This document shows, piece by piece, positions 26,519 through 41,500 of a DNA stretch of 64,000 bases; positions within the stretch are counted from its first letter, which is position 1; each line of letters begins with the position of its first letter. The notes under the pieces were generated by a model that saw nothing but the letters and a program-made list of their open reading frames with translations, was not told the origin of the DNA and did no database searches. Position numbers and translations under genes: made by a program. This DNA is from Octopus bimaculoides (lineage: Eukaryota), in assembly GCF_001194135.2 (NCBI RefSeq), contig NC_068984.1:28493861-28557860 (forward strand). The letters are read 5' to 3'.

Positions 26519-27780
26519 AGAACAGCTTCAATTCAAACTGATTTGAGCTTCTGGTGTAAACTTGGCCATAGGAAATTTGTCTTGAGCAAATTTTGTCAGA
26601 ACAATTCTTTGGCTTTATATTTGAAATATGGTTTCACATTGAGTAAAGCAGATAAAAAGACACTGCAGCTTGAATTATTAATCACTAATTGTTTTCATAA
26701 GTTAATTTCCATAATACTTATACTAGTATTTATGCATTTCAAATTCTTTTACTTCCTATCATTGTGTAAAGTATCTGGTGAAGATAAGCTGTTGCTCCAA
26801 TTGCATTTGCTATGAACAACTAGAAGAGAAAGTAACATAGGTCAGTCAGTTCTTGCAGAAGCAAAAGATTAGAAACTACATTTGTCTTATGAGTAATCCA
26901 TTTAGCACTCATAGGAAGTGTTATGTTCATATAGCATTAAAGACGGAACAATAACATCAGCAAAATATTAACAATAATAAGCAATAATATTTGTGGTTTA
27001 TGCATAATGTTAGAAAATTATTGTGAGGGATAAATTAGAAGTAACAACCTTAGAGAGATTTCCCAAAGATACAGCTTTTAATTTTCTTCTGTATCTCAAG
27101 TTTCACACCTTGGTAACAAGAGAGCATTTTTTATTTTTGTAGTTATACTGTCTACTAGAGATGGTGACCAAATTTTCCTCATATAAAAGCCCACCATCTT
27201 AAACAAAGAAGGAAACACTGAATGATGTAGCACAGTAATCTAAAAGGCAAGATTGTCATGGTTGAAAGATGCTTTTGTGCACAATGAGGGCTGGTCTAAA
27301 ACTAAACAACATCTGTCATTGAAGAATTGCCAAGCTACAACCGTCCTATGGAAGATGAACAATACTGTCACTGAAGCACCTATTCTACCATCTTATAATG
27401 TGTTAGCAGAGGGCTAGAATAATGACAGTGCTGGGCATTATTGGTCGTACAGTTTTTACTGAACAATTTTCAGATAAAAGATTAATGGTAACATTTAAAG
27501 ATTCTTAACTTGGTTGGATTTTTCTTATCAAATTTATAGCTAATATTATTATCATGCTAAACCTCCTACTACATCATATGAAGAGAAAAAGCAGTAACAA
27601 ACAAGAACAATAATAAAAATAGTGAAGAAGAAATGGAAGAAAGAAAACGTCAGGGGAGTAGTCATTCAGTTTCTGATTGATTAAACATTTTTCTCTTAAC
27701 CCTTTTTTCTTAAACCACCTATACTTAAACAAAGATTTGTTCTCGTCTGGGAAACAATTGATGGTTGAATATGCACTTAC

Positions 27781-28068
27781 CATATAATACCATACTTTTT
27801 TCATCACGCCCAAGTCGATTGGAAGCCTGACATGTATAAACTCCATAATCATCTTTTGCTATCTGTCTTATACGTAAGCTTAGTGTGATGGTATATTCAT
27901 CATCACCATAAGCATCTATTCTATACTTCCATCCCGTTTGCAATTCTGTACCATTCTTTCTCCACATTGTAACACCTTGTGGCATAGCAGTTATTTTGCA
28001 TTCTAATATTGTCTCTTTTGCTAATGCTTGTCCAATTCTTTTGGTAGGTAAAAAAATCTCTGGTGCAA
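27781..28068 (-). CDS. Coding exon (288 bp, phase 1-1): I-set Ig domain, most like the third Ig domain of Lachesin/DIP/IgLON-family neural adhesion proteins
   Basis: Translation APEIFLPTKRIGQALAKETILECKITAMPQGVTMWRKNG...LSLRIRQIAKDDYGVYTCQASNRLGRDEKSMVLY contains the B-strand Cys, the C-strand Trp and the DxGxYxC motif. Long pyrimidine tract plus ttcAG (28070-28069); donor GTAAGT (27780-27775). Family assignment is from recalled motif similarity. Confidence 0.93.
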
Positions 28069-28959
28069 CTGAAAAACAGAAAAAAACAAAACAATAAATA
28101 AATATAACATAAATAAGAACCAAATCAAATGGCTAAAATAAAGGCGAGGTTTGTTCAGATTTTGCAAGATGGTATATTTTATTGCAAGAAGAAAGATTAC
28201 TATATAGATATTGAAATTTGACCCATGCAGAAAGAATACTGAACATATATTGAGAGGCTGCAGAAAGAGAACAATCTGTATAGTTGTTTAGTGTAAACAG
28301 ATTGTGTGATAGGAATAGTCATAATTCATAGAACTGTTAATTCTTCCGCCTCTGGCAATGTATTATGCAGATTTAAACATTTGTATATTATTGAAGGTAT
28401 TGGATATGACAGAAAGGAGTGAGCTCTCAGCAGCTCTTAGCACATTATTTTAAAATATCTACAGTCATAATCCAATAAACCATTGTTTCTGAACACTTCT
28501 CTTTACAAAGTCAGCATTTTTAGTTCTTTCTTTTTCACCCAACCCAATTTAGTATCTTCTACAACTTGGTATCCGAACAGTAAATCCTCAATCATAGAAT
28601 ATGAACGATAATTCTCAGAAAAGAACACTGAGAAAAATTTGAATTATTTGCCTTGCCATGGGATATAACAAATGAACTGGAGGAAAGTGTCAACTAGAAC
28701 TTATGACCTTGTGACTTCATTCATGCACTAAGGACTTTATTCTAAAAAACCATATTACGTACTATTTTCATAATTGAAATTTTAATAAGGTGGCGATTGA
28801 GAAACAACTTCATCTTTGGATTGCTACTTAATTACTATAACAGAATAGATGTGTCAGAATGGCATAAAATGATATTCTAAATATTTACTAATTCAAAACT
28901 TACAAAAGTTAATTTTTAAAGATTATAAATGCATTATTCTTCAAGATGAAAAGTACTGG

Positions 28960-29207
28960 TGCTGCTGCCATGTAAAAAGCACTGGTACTGGTGCCACATA
29001 AAAAGCATTGGTGTTGGCTGCATGTTAAATGCACTAGTGTTTGTACCACATAAAATGCACCCAGTACACTCTGTAAAGTGGCTGGCATTAGGAAGGGCAT
29101 CAAGCTGTAGAAACCATGTCAAAACAGACAATGCAACCTGGTCCAGCTACCATCAAACCACCCAACACATACCAGCATAGAAAACAGATGTTAATTAATG
29201 ATGATGA
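28960..29207 (+). mobile_element. Diverged RTE-type tail with an expanded ~30-bp module array
   Basis: About four copies of gccacataaaaagcactgg-like units precede ggcattaggaagggcatc and a gatgatga tail. Confidence 0.7.
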
Positions 29208-32200
29208 CAAAGAATGGTTGAATACATAGTCATTGTTACTTGTGAACTTCAGTAATATACTTTTAACTGCAAGAGTAAGAGTTCTGTTATAATCATAATT
29301 CTCCTTATACCATTAAAAAATATTATTGTTGCTGTTGTTGTCTTCTTTTTTGCATTAATTTATTCCAATTCTGATATGGCTACTTAACTATAAGGGACAA
29401 CACACTATTGGACAATAATAACACTCACTACACTGCCTCAGCAATATACTGGAAGATAATCAGGCACATAGTACAATACCACTAACCAACAATACACAGT
29501 ACATATGAAAATACAAATAGGGCCCATTACAGAATAAGATATGTGTGCAGACAGAGTTTTGTGCTTAAGAAGTTTACTTTACAGTTATGTGACTTCAGGT
29601 GCAATCTCACAGCAAGGTACCATAGTGAAATTAATAGACTGAAACAAGAATTTTTGTTGTTGGTGACAAATTTAACACATCAGCTGGATCCTTGGTGCCC
29701 TTAGAGTAGTACACATTTTTGCAAGCATTTTGATCAGGTCTCCATTATAAAGATAATACCTTCTTTCCTTACTATCAACTAAGCCATTAAAAGAGAAAAA
29801 AAATGCATTTTAGACAATATCTTGTTTAAGTTTAGGTAAGGCTTGATCAAGAAGACCTATAAGGAGAGACATTCAAGTCACAAGAACTTTGAGTTTTTTA
29901 AAAGATATGTAGGTCTATTACCTTGGTTAAAACTGGCTTGCCTACTTACTTTAGATGTTATAATAATAATAGATAAAAGAATTGTGGAACTTAATAAAGA
30001 CTACTTATTTTTCAGTAGAGCTATATATTTAGCTGAAGGATCAGCCAATACATTTAAGTAGAATATCACACTAATATTTTTTAAAGCAAAAGTTGATAGT
30101 GACCTCAAAATTCTGACTCAAATGCATTCATACCACCAACAGAAGAAGGTAAGAGAGAAAGGAAGAGCAAGTAGGGGAGAGAGAGGGATGGATGGATGGA
30201 TGACTAGATGAATAAATAGATAGATAAACACAGAGATTGTCCAGAAACTTACTGATATTTAAATGAATACATTGCTGAGAAGTATAGAACATCAGCAACC
30301 TTTATTGTTTGAATATACAGAATATTGTGTACACTTCATATGTAACACGTCATCCAAAATTGAAATCAATGTGTATTAGTTGGGCAGACCAGCTGAAATA
30401 TTCTGCCCTTGACAATAGCATATTTCAACTGACCTAGCCACCTGTCCATGATGGCCCTTAATTAAATTCAGACAAAGTGTTTGCTTTATTTGAATAACTA
30501 AGATACCATTAAAAAAAAAAAAAATTATAAAAACATAATATTGTCTATTCTGCTAGTTCATAGCTTTGGGAATGATGTCACATGAAATATTCAATATCTC
30601 TAAGCAAGGAACCCTCCATTCCTCATCAGTGAAATTACTGCCATTTTAACCACTTGAAAAACCACCATGTTTCCCTACTGGATTATGTTGGTGGATAGAT
30701 AGACAGATAACTATACAAGTACAAAAACTGATAGATCAAAAGAAAGAAAAAAATAGCTACACCTTTAGAATGAAACAAAGGAGTCAAGCAATTTCAATGA
30801 CAAAAGAATTCTGCTTACAAAAAACATTGCAAGAGTTTGATTTGATGAGTTAGATTACATTATTTAATACCAACAAAGTTTGACAAAAGAATATGTTTTT
30901 TTAAAGACTTGACATTTATTAGATCAGCTGTATTATTTCATTCAGTGTACATTTAATATTTATGGTAAAGAAAGGAACAAAATATATGGTTAACCAAAAG
31001 CAAAACCTAGACAGACAACCATTTTAATTCAGTTTGATAGAATGAGAGAACAACTAATTATTTCTCAATAACTAATGCTACCCACCTCTTCATCAAATTG
31101 ACATTTACTCCATATTTATAAAAATAGAAGGGAAACTTTTTTTGAAATGTTATTACTTCTCAAGGTTTTAATTCTATTCAAAGACAATGGTAATGTTATT
31201 GCTATTCTTAAAGTCAATTACTTTTTAAACATTTTTGTGCTAAGTTAAAATTGATTATGAGTGATATCTTTTATCAAACCTAAGAATGTTGGCAATAATC
31301 TTTGGATGGAAGAACAATATGAGTTATTAAATATCTGATAATTAAAATTTTTACAAGTAAACTATATTAATAGACCTTTCAAGTGAGTTCATAAATCAGG
31401 ATTGTATTAGTTTACTTTGGTAGATTCAATTGCAAAATCAATTACTGATCTGTAAAGTGCATAGAATTCAAATTGTGGTCAGAGCAATTTGTATATCTGA
31501 TGAAAACTGTTTCTCTCTGCTTTTAAGAAGTAAGCTATAGCTTATTCTCTAAGTCCTTCCTACTGTCAATGATTGATCATAGCTTTTTCTTTTTAATAAA
31601 TTCTGAAAGTAGTTAGACCAAGTAGTATCAATAAAATGCAGAGATACAATTTGCACTGCTCATTCATCAAAGCAGTTAATATACTAATAGATCAATGAAA
31701 CAGTCACTGAATCATACTCTGATACTGTATGCCATGTGGTTTCAAATAATATTGTGATGCACTAACTGATGACACCAACACTAGAGAAGTAGCTGTGGCC
31801 ACAAAACTAAATGGATGTCACAAGCCCGTGATTTACAGAGTGAGAAGTATGAATGATAGTCATGAGAGGGATGTCTAGTAAGAGTTGGAGGGATAGAAGT
31901 AAGCAGTATTCTGAGATGGGCATGTATATTCAATACAACACAATGTGACTGAGATAGCACAGGGATGATAGGGGTCTTTGTGATCCAGGAGACAGAGCAA
32001 TGACAGAGGCTTGCAATGCATGGGAGAGAAAGAGTATAGTGGCAGTCAGAGTGCTATAGGGTACTGTCAGGCAGTATACAAAAGGACAGTGGAGGTAGAA
32101 TGAAGTGGGTGAAGCCATACAGTGTAGCTCTTTATATATAGGCTGTGAAATGGAGTCGAAGGTATAACAATGTCAATTTGCAATCCTTACAACTATGTCT

Positions 32201-32654
32201 CTCACAAAGAACCCAGAAAATCCCAAACATCAGAAAATGTACTTTCCTTCTAAAACCAAGCTACAAACAAGCATATAGGTGGAATTGTGAATGGCTTTTC
32301 TTAGCTAGCTATATTGCAAAATATGTGACAAAATATGCTGCTGCTGCTACTACTACAGAAACCAACACAAGACAATATATTATGTTCACAGCAGAACACA
32401 CACATAATCTTAAACACCATTAAAGATTAAATATTCCATTATTCAACCATCATGAAAATGTGACAAACCTGACTAGAACCTGAAGTAAAGTGGAGGAGGG
32501 GTGTCAGTATTTTCAGTAATGACTTAAAATTGTCACTGTATCACAGGTAGCTTGGACACAAAATCTATCATAAAATGACAAAGGTGTCTTGGTCAAAACT
32601 TCTGCAGAAAATGATAACTTCAATGGAGAGTGTGCAGTGTATGTGAGAATCAGT

Positions 32655-33000
32655 TTAACCCTTTTGTGTTGTGTTCCTAGTGTAGCAGGAATAGCTTAAA
32701 TGTAATCTCTATCGGATTCCTGAATGGACAACACATGCAGAAAAAGAAGATAAAATACCGAAAATAGACAACTGATCACATTGTAGCTCTGTAGCCTATG
32801 AAACGAGCATGTGATGAACCCAGCACTTTGGTAAATGAGCAAGGCTTGGACTCTTTACAGTTGAGGAAATTATTGATGATGTTTCTTCTTCAGCTGAAGA
32901 GTTTACCCTAACGCAGACAATGAGAGTGATTTGGACAATCAAACAAGTGAAAGTGATGAGGGAAGTAGAGATCTGAAACAAATATGGTAGTTGAGAGATA
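32655..33000 (+). mobile_element. Possible piggyBac 5' remnant
   Basis: TTAACCCTTT start, then an acidic reading FTVEEIIDDVSSSAEEF...ADNESDLDNQTSESDE resembling piggyBac N-termini. No catalytic core or right end found. Confidence 0.3.
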
Positions 33001-34659
33001 GGCCCATTATTGTTATTCTGAATTTTTTGTGATTCTATCCATTAGTTTACCTGCAATCATTACTTTCGAGCTGTGTATGCAGCTATTTATTATTTTGGCT
33101 CAGGAGCCCAGGTGAAGGGTAAAGCTAGACATAGGACACAGATCTGAGGGAGTTAACACAAACATCCCAGAGACACTAGTATCTTAAAAATCTTAGGTCA
33201 ATGTTTCACTTACTGAGAGGAAATAGCAATCATGTTGACCATCAGATAGAGAGAAAGAGCTCTGTAACATAAATAACAATGTATAAGAAGGAGCAATACT
33301 CTTCCATTAAAAATACCCACAAATATTTCCAGTATAGCTAAAATAACTGCTATATTACAAATGTGAAAGGATTTATATAGATAGTAATAATGCTAGACTG
33401 AGAGAAGAAAATTTGAAAACAAGGAAAAGAGGAGAAAGAGAATAAACAGCATCAGATCTTTGAGGAAGAAACTTAGAAGCCCTTACTAGTCTTTGTTATA
33501 CTATCATTTGGATTAATTTCAAAGCTAATTATTTTCATTCGGATTTGCATAATAGATTTCTGTTTAGATATACATCAAAGAAAAAGTAATAAGAAAAAAA
33601 TCAAAATTAACTAAAGTAAGTAAATGACACAATCTATCGATTAATGATCAACAACATATGTCTTTAGTGTCCTGGAAAAATTCAATCAAAGTGACAAAGA
33701 CAGACTTATGGACTGAGATTACACAAATATAATATACATAATATGTACATACATAAACTTGTACTTCTATAGGTATAATATACATTAATACATATAAACA
33801 AATAAAATACACATTTATACATACACAAACACTCACATACATATTCACATGTAATTACAAGATTAACTATTTGAAACTTTCCATTAGAAGGTTGATGGAG
33901 AGAAAGAAAGGATCAACGACGGAGAAACAGAAACAAAGGAATAGATAGAGGTGGGGGGATACAGAGAATTACACATTGTTGGATAAACAGAGACACAGAA
34001 ATGGTACCTAAAAGATAGAAAATTACATAAATGTAGAGACAAATTGATAGCAACAGAATTAAAGAACAACAAGGGGAGAGACAGAAGAAAGATGGATGAG
34101 AAAGAAGTCAAGAGAGAGAAGACAATGAAAAGGCCACAAAGCAAAGACCATCCTTGAAAGAGTGTATTTTAAGGATAGTATCTGTTGTTAGAGTAATGCA
34201 TTTAATACATGCAACATAGAATTGATAACATTTTATGTAAATGCTGTCTTTGATTCTAGCAGGATTAACTGGTAGCACTACAGTTACTTGCTCAAGATAT
34301 GCATAATTAATTCTATAATCCCTTGAACACAATTGTATACATTCAGCTGTTTATATTTAATAGATGATATTGTAGAAGCTGATCCATGTTAGCAACTCTT
34401 TCAATTACAAAATGAAGGCATTTCAGTTTATATTACTAAAATTCTCTGGAAATGTATGAGTGTCACCTCATCGTCATCACTTTTTTTTTATTTCATATTA
34501 GAGTCCTTATGTTGAACCAAAGTATATCCTTACTATTTTTCCAACTATGAATATTAATTTACTGGATTCAGCCTTATCTTTCATACTATATTTTATATTA
34601 CTCTTGGTTATAAGTTTCCAACAAGTTTCCAGATCATTCAATATGTGAAATACTGATTC

Positions 34660-35658
34660 CCTTTTGGAAGCTTAAAGTGACAAAAGATTGCCTGTGAAAC
34701 TTGTTGCAGAACAAATCCCACACAGAATATTTTGTTGAGCCTCGTCCAGGAAGATCTGTAGAGCTCAACAAGGACATTCTGCAAACCCTGGTGGAACAAA
34801 ATTCCATTGTAACTGATTAGAAACTAGCAGAGAAGCTTGGATTTGGTCATTCAACCATTCATTGACATCTGTGTACCATCGGAAAAGTCAGCAAATTGGG
34901 TCAATGGGTTTCTCACAAACTTTCCGAGTCTAATTGTACGCAGAGACTGAATGTGCACTCTTCTTTGCTGTCACATCTCACAAACGAACCTTTTGTGACC
35001 AAATAGTGACTGGTGAGTAGAAATGGGTTCTCTATAAAAATGTTAAGTGCAGAAGACAGTGGGGTAGGGAAAGGATAAACACTGGCACACCAGGCTAAAG
35101 AAGATCTTCACCCACATAAGGTGTTGTTATTTGTTTGGTGGGATATGAAAGGTTTAGTCCACTTTGAACTTTTAAACCCAAACCAAACGATAACAAAGGA
35201 GATCTACTGTGAACAGCTTGAGCAGCTTAAGTCAGCACTAGAAGCAAAATGACCATCTTTGGTTTTAAGATGAAAGGTGTTCTTCCATCAAGATAATGCT
35301 CAGCCACATACAGCGAGGATGACATTCCAAAGGCTGAATAGAAAATGATGCCCTACCCACCATATTCACAGGACATTGCCCCATGTGATTATTATTTATT
35401 TTGCAGTCTTCAAAATCACTTGGACGGAAAAAAAATATGAATTCTGTAGATGAGATCAGAACAGTAATGGAGGAGTATTTTTTGACATGGACAAGTGGAT
35501 TTTGCAAGTGGGACCTTGCAAATCTATCAGATACATGGAAGAGCATAGTAGAAAATGAAGGAGAGTATATTTTAAATTAAAAATGAACTTTGTTTATCTT
35601 AATTTTGAAAAATAAAAGAAGTATAAAAAAACTGCATTATTTATGGGATGACCCAGTA
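34660..35658 (+). mobile_element. Mariner (D,D34D) transposase pseudogene with right TIR
   Basis: Broken frames read PRPGR..., WVSHKL, TGE*KW, LHPHKVLLFVWWDMKG, HQDNAQPH, PYPPYSQDIAPCDYYLF; ends ttatgggatgacccag-TA. The 5' end is missing. Confidence 0.9.
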
Positions 35659-37473
35659 TTTAGTCTCTGTCTGTCAAATTTCGCTAACAAAACACTGGTC
35701 TACTTAAGACTGTTTTAATAAGAGGACACTTTACTAAGGTGCTACATGGTAGGATTAAGCCACAAACCACATAGGTGTAAAGCAAATTTCTGACCCACAC
35801 TGTCATGTTTGCACCCATTCAATAATCTAATAATTTTACATGATATCTGTCTACCTGGAGGTATGAAATGTAAAATCAACACCATTAGACTTGAATTGAG
35901 GATACAAAAGAACTTTAACTAAATACCACAGCTTGTTACTCTATTATTTATGATAAAATATCAGTAATCAAACCAGTAACACAGCAGAATAAAATCATTT
36001 GACAATACTCTCAATGTCCCCAAAACTGATTTTGCACTAAATCAAAATAAATCAATATTGTCTTATTCTCTTACTTATTTCAGTCATTTGACTGTGGCCA
36101 TTATTTTCTTATAAATTAGAAACAATATCTTAGTAATTTTGTTTTGCTTGTTTATTATTTTATGTTTTAAATCCAATTTTTCATGCTGTTATTAGTCGGA
36201 TAGCTTTTACAAATATTGATATTAGCATATTGTTGTCAGAGTAAATGATTTTACATGCTATTTTACCCTTAACTATTCAACTGTGAACCTGCAATGATAC
36301 TTATTATCAGTCAAGCAGAATATTGAAAGCGTTCTTTTGTGTTTTACCTACAGGCATATCAGAATAGTTAAAACAAGATTTAAAGTATTTGAAAACCACT
36401 GAACTTCATTACTAGTTGCCGATGTATGATATCTACATGTATGAAAGTAGACATGTGAATGCTTGACCAAGTATCTGAACTATATTTTGTGTCTGCTTTA
36501 GCTTAGGTGCTATCATATTAAGAAAATTTCAAGCAATTGTTAACAGGGTTAGGACTAATACAAATTAGTGTGGAGAAATAACAAAGTAGTATAGTATATA
36601 TTGACAGCGTGCTAATGACTTGCAGAGAAAATCCTCCAACATTGTAAAGGTGATAGTATTATCATCAGAAGATCTGAATTGAGTATGTTATTAATAAGAT
36701 ATTACTGGTATCTTGACATAAAAGTTCATGTATTAGATATGTTTTTTACTTTCTGAACTCAGATGATGCTATTATTTATTTTGGATTTCATCTCACTCTG
36801 AGATCAATAAAACAAATACCAGTCATATCAGAAGGTTGATTCAATATACTGTATCTCTCCCTTGTAAACATGTGAAAATTCTTAAATTTTCACTGGAGTT
36901 GATAAAATAAATAATTTCTTACTTGTTACATTTATCAATCCCAGAATAAGGTATTACTTCTATTCTGATCAATTGTTAACCTTCAACAAAATACAATTTT
37001 GACACACACAAGAGTTTGACGATACTGATATTAAAGATAAAAACATCTTCAACTGATATGTTTTTTTTTTCCTGACATGGTGAAACCAGCCAGAAAATAT
37101 TTGTTTGAAACACTCTTGAAAGATACATGAAATTTTTGTTCAATGCAGCACTGGCATTGACCACACTCAAATGGTGCTTTTCATGTGCCACTGGCACAGG
37201 AGGCAGTCAGGTGGCACAGGCATATTTATTATTATTATTAACATAGTAGTTGAAAATATTTATTAAATCTTACTTGTAACATATTCTTCATAATCAGATA
37301 GTACAAAATACTGGTCTACTCAAGTTGCCTAAATAATCTTGCCTCATGGAAACATTGGTACTTGTTAAAAGATTCATCCGTACATGAAACCAATGGTTGC
37401 CTTGTTAACCCACAAATAATGAATATTATCTACCAAAGCAGTGTTGAGCACCCATTTTCACTGTATGACATTA

Positions 37474-37475
<2 letters not shown>

Positions 37476-37530
<55 letters not shown>
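37476..37530. repeat. (AT)n microsatellite
   Basis: About 55 bp of perfect AT repeat, next to a SINE 5' half. Confidence 0.95.
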
Positions 37531-37534
<4 letters not shown>

Positions 37535-37544
37535 AACATGCATG

Positions 37545-37704
37545 AAAGGCTTCTTTCAGTTTCTCTCAATCAAATTCACTTACAGGACTTAGGTCAGTCT
37601 GTGGCTATAGTAAAAAATATTTGACCAAGTTGCCGTGCAGTGGTACTGAACTTGGAACTACGTGGTTGAGAAGCAAACTTCTTACCACACAACCATGCCC
37701 GCAC
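37545..37704 (-). mobile_element. 5' half of the CORE-like SINE family of 11519-11913
   Basis: ggcttctttcagtttc...caaattcacttaca...accaagttgccgtgcagtggtactgaac...cttaccacacaacc. Confidence 0.7.
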
Positions 37705-38325
37705 TTTCTTAACTATGTAGACACACAAGAAATAAAGCAAGTGAATATTTCTAATACAATTCTGAATTACAATTTTTGTTGTCTAAGAATATTTTTTATC
37801 AAAGGACAGCATGCTTGAAATTGATATGAGAATTAAGAAATATGTATTTTCAAATAGTGGAAGTATACCAACGACTGGTTTTAAAAGAGAAAATATTAAA
37901 TGGCTTCTCACAATTTGTTGTACATGAGCATAAACAATTTTTATAAGTAAATACTTAAGACTTCTCTCTTTCTCAGTGACCACCAGTACAATTTTCTTAA
38001 AGCTAGATCTACAGAAAATGTATTTTCTTAGATAAAGTATTAGTTGCTTTACAAATATGAGTAAAAACAGTAATGTTCCATTTACATTATCAATGACTTA
38101 CACAAGGAACAAGTTCTTCCTACTTAATCAATTCACTGGTGCTATCTGTCTCTTATCACTTGGAGTAGAAATTGATTTGTAAAGCATGGAGTTTTCTTTA
38201 TCCCTTATATTTATTCTGGTGTACCCCAACATTTAGTTATGCTTCTCACAATTCTCTTTCTTTACATTCATGATCTGCTTGATTTGTAACCATACATACA
38301 CCCTCATAAACGACTACACCCTTCA

Positions 38326-38597
38326 TTCATCATCGTTTAACGTCCACCTTCCATGCTAGCATGGGTTGGACGATTTGACTGAGGACTGGCGAACCAGATG
38401 GCTGCACCAGGCTCCAATCTGATCTGGCAGAGTTTCTACAGTTGGATGCCCTTCCTAACGCCAACCACCCCAAGAGTGTAGTGGGTGCTTTTACGTGCCA
38501 CCGGCATGAGGGCCAGTCAGATGGTACTGGCAATGGCCACGCTAAAAATGGTGTTTTTTCCGTGCCACCTGCACAGGAGCCAGTCTAGTGGCACTGT
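38326..38597 (-). mobile_element. RTE-type 3' tail copy
   Basis: catcatcgtttaacgtccaccttccatgctagcatgggttggacgatttgactgagg...; matches the copy 1 UTR. Confidence 0.85.
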
Positions 38598-41500
38598 AGA
38601 TTTCAGTACAGAGGTCATTCTATCTTTTCATGTCACTTCAGAATTGTAAAGGTTTTATAAAAAGAAACCTCAAAATACATGCTTCAATGGGTATATGACA
38701 TTGTGATCTCTCTTAATGACACTAACATAAATGATACAAATATCAAGCAATTTGTTAATTTATAAGACTAAACCTAAGCAGGAAAACTTCTGCAGCTAAA
38801 ACATTAAAACTCACCAGAAATGCTGAACCTTACAATCCTTGATGATATCTCAAGATAAGCAAACATGTATAACATTACAAAATATCATTGTTCAAACTCG
38901 AATGGTAATGGCTAAGTTTCTTCTTCAGAACCAGAAAATACTTCAATTCTAGTTAGATAATGGCCTTATACAAATCACCAGTGTGATTCATATTAGAGTA
39001 CTACTCATATATTAGGGAAAATATTGCTGCTTTTGCATGCTAAATAATCGTCCAAGGCTGTGAGCCTCTATGTGGTCACTTAAGCTATTAGAGATATTAA
39101 CATATCATTCCTCCAATAGTCTAAGGAGAAGAGAGAGATAGTGTAGTACTAGATATTTCTAGAAAGACATGATGGTCATAACTGAAATGCTTTTCATCAT
39201 AAGCCTGCTTCATTAAGATTGATCTGGAACTAAATAATGACAACACTTTAGAATACATTAAAAAATGTCATTTAGGAAATTGGTAAAAATTCATTCCCAA
39301 ATGCACTATGACTGCATTCTTTTCTGTCTCTTTTAATGGCATATACTACTCTGAGAATGCAAACTGAATACTGCAGCTATCCAAAGCTCAAATAATATAT
39401 GCCATTTTCTCTACTTGCCACCTTTAGTCCCCATAGCAAACATATTTTTCTATATTTCCATACCAGAACTATTTCCTATCCACATTTTCCCTTTGGCATC
39501 AATCTACAGAAATTACATGTAACAGCAACTGCATTGACTTCATTCTCAAAAGGCCTGCAAATGTCATGAGCACAGCACAACCTTCTGCCTCAGATTATGT
39601 AAATAAAAAAGAGAAGTTATGTTGTTGACTTATTGCATCAGCGTAAACACTGCAATTATAATATGAAATAGTTTCAAAAGGTTTTAGCTGTCTTAGTTAG
39701 TAGCTGATAATAAATAAATAAAATTCTAATCCTACAAAATTTATTTGTTCTTGTTTTATGAATTGACACAACAGACTATTTGAATGCATTATACAAAATT
39801 TCAATTAAAGTGAATGAGTCTTTAAATAATATAGAAGAAGAAAATTTTGCACAGAAAGATAAAAATATACTTAAATGAAATTTATCACAAAAAGTATCTG
39901 TATATAATCTGCAGGTTGGATTAAGTGATAAACAAGAAAACCTATTTCATGTTAGATTACAAAACCCAAAATCAAATAAATGGGGAAAATATTATAATTG
40001 CAGAGTAGGATTATAAATGAAATCCTTCATATTCTAAAAATGAAAAGACTGATAGACTATTGATCAGTCTGGAAAGATTGGAAATCAGTTACTAACTATA
40101 TATATTTTACACACAGACTACACTGTACGCACCCTTATCAGCTGTTGGCTGGAGAATATGATTTTAAAACCTTCTGATATAAGTTAAAAGCTACAAGTAC
40201 ACAACCAAATTGAAAAATGTGCTCCCTTACAGAGTTATAGTATTTAATATCAGGCTGTTTATTAAAAAAGAAAAATGAAGAAAATGATCATTAAGAGTAT
40301 TCAGTATAAGCTATATAAGCTAACAGAATGTTCCTTTAAGGCCAGATTTCACAAAGTAACAAAACGAAAGATAAAAAGAGGATAGATTGTGTATCTGAAG
40401 AATCAACATATTTAATCAGTGTAAATGAGCAGACAGGAACACTAGGGAACAATATAGCGTGTAGAAAATGACTGATAGTTATAATTAAGGAATAGGATGA
40501 ATGAATTGGGAATGCTTCTAGTTAGCTTAAATATTGTCACTGAAATATATGAAGATTAGACAGTAAGTTAATTAAAAAAGCTTGGACTGATAAAGCTACA
40601 AAGATTGTACAAGAGTCTGCTAGACACTAAATATTTCAAGATAAATAAGTAAAGTGGTAGACAGCAATAACAAATTGAATTTGTTGAAAATCTGATATGT
40701 GAGATGACTGGTATATTAAAGGCATTGCTCTTAATAAATTAAGATTGACATAAGTAATTAAAGATAGTGAAAGTCATGATTTAAACAGGGATGATTTGAA
40801 ATAGTGAAGAATATAAGGAAACTAGTGATGTTTGAAAATAATAAGCAGAAAAAGTTTGTAAACTAGAAAAATTATTTAGCCACGAAAAGGAGAAGTTAAA
40901 GTAAATCTTTCCCACAAAGATCTTGTCTTAAGATGAACATTGTGTTTCATGAAAGTAACACGATAAAGACGAATGTATCCAAAGTTGTTTCCTCTATTTG
41001 CCAGAAAAATGAAAATATTTGTCATTGATTATAATCATTGCTTTTAATACATAATTACTTATAGTAGACCTTTAATGTCTTATGTATTAAATATATTAAT
41101 TCTAATTTGCATAGTTAAAATTTTATAAATTAGGTACGTAGATTAATTTGAGTGCAAGAGCTAGTTTCTTTAAAATTTTAAACAAGTTAAAAGACTTTTT
41201 GCTGTTATTGACAACTAAATATGAAAAGGCAATTTCTTCTACCTGAAACATAAAATACATATTACACTAAAATTATTATAAAATCATTATTAATTAGTAT
41301 AACAGGCCCATATTCTTTACTAGATTGCTAACCAATTTTTATATATTCTTGAATATCTAAATTCATTTGCTCTCAATGAATCCAACTTCCTCAAAACAAT
41401 GATGTTAGTAAAATTTTAGAACATAAAGCACATACCCTAAATATTTACCAGTTCCCTACAACACTCTAAATGGTCAATTACAACATAGAGGATTGACAAC

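Larger units (their letters stand above)
557..27780 (-). other. Inferred 27,224-bp intron between the Ig exon and the stalk exon
   Basis: GT-AG boundaries with compatible phase 1; the interval holds only repeats and low-complexity DNA. Confidence 0.7.

Noticed and set aside
28960-29060. Short spaced direct repeats superficially like a CRISPR array
   Set aside because: Units are degenerate, belong to the RTE-type tail module, and the context is eukaryotic with no cas genes.
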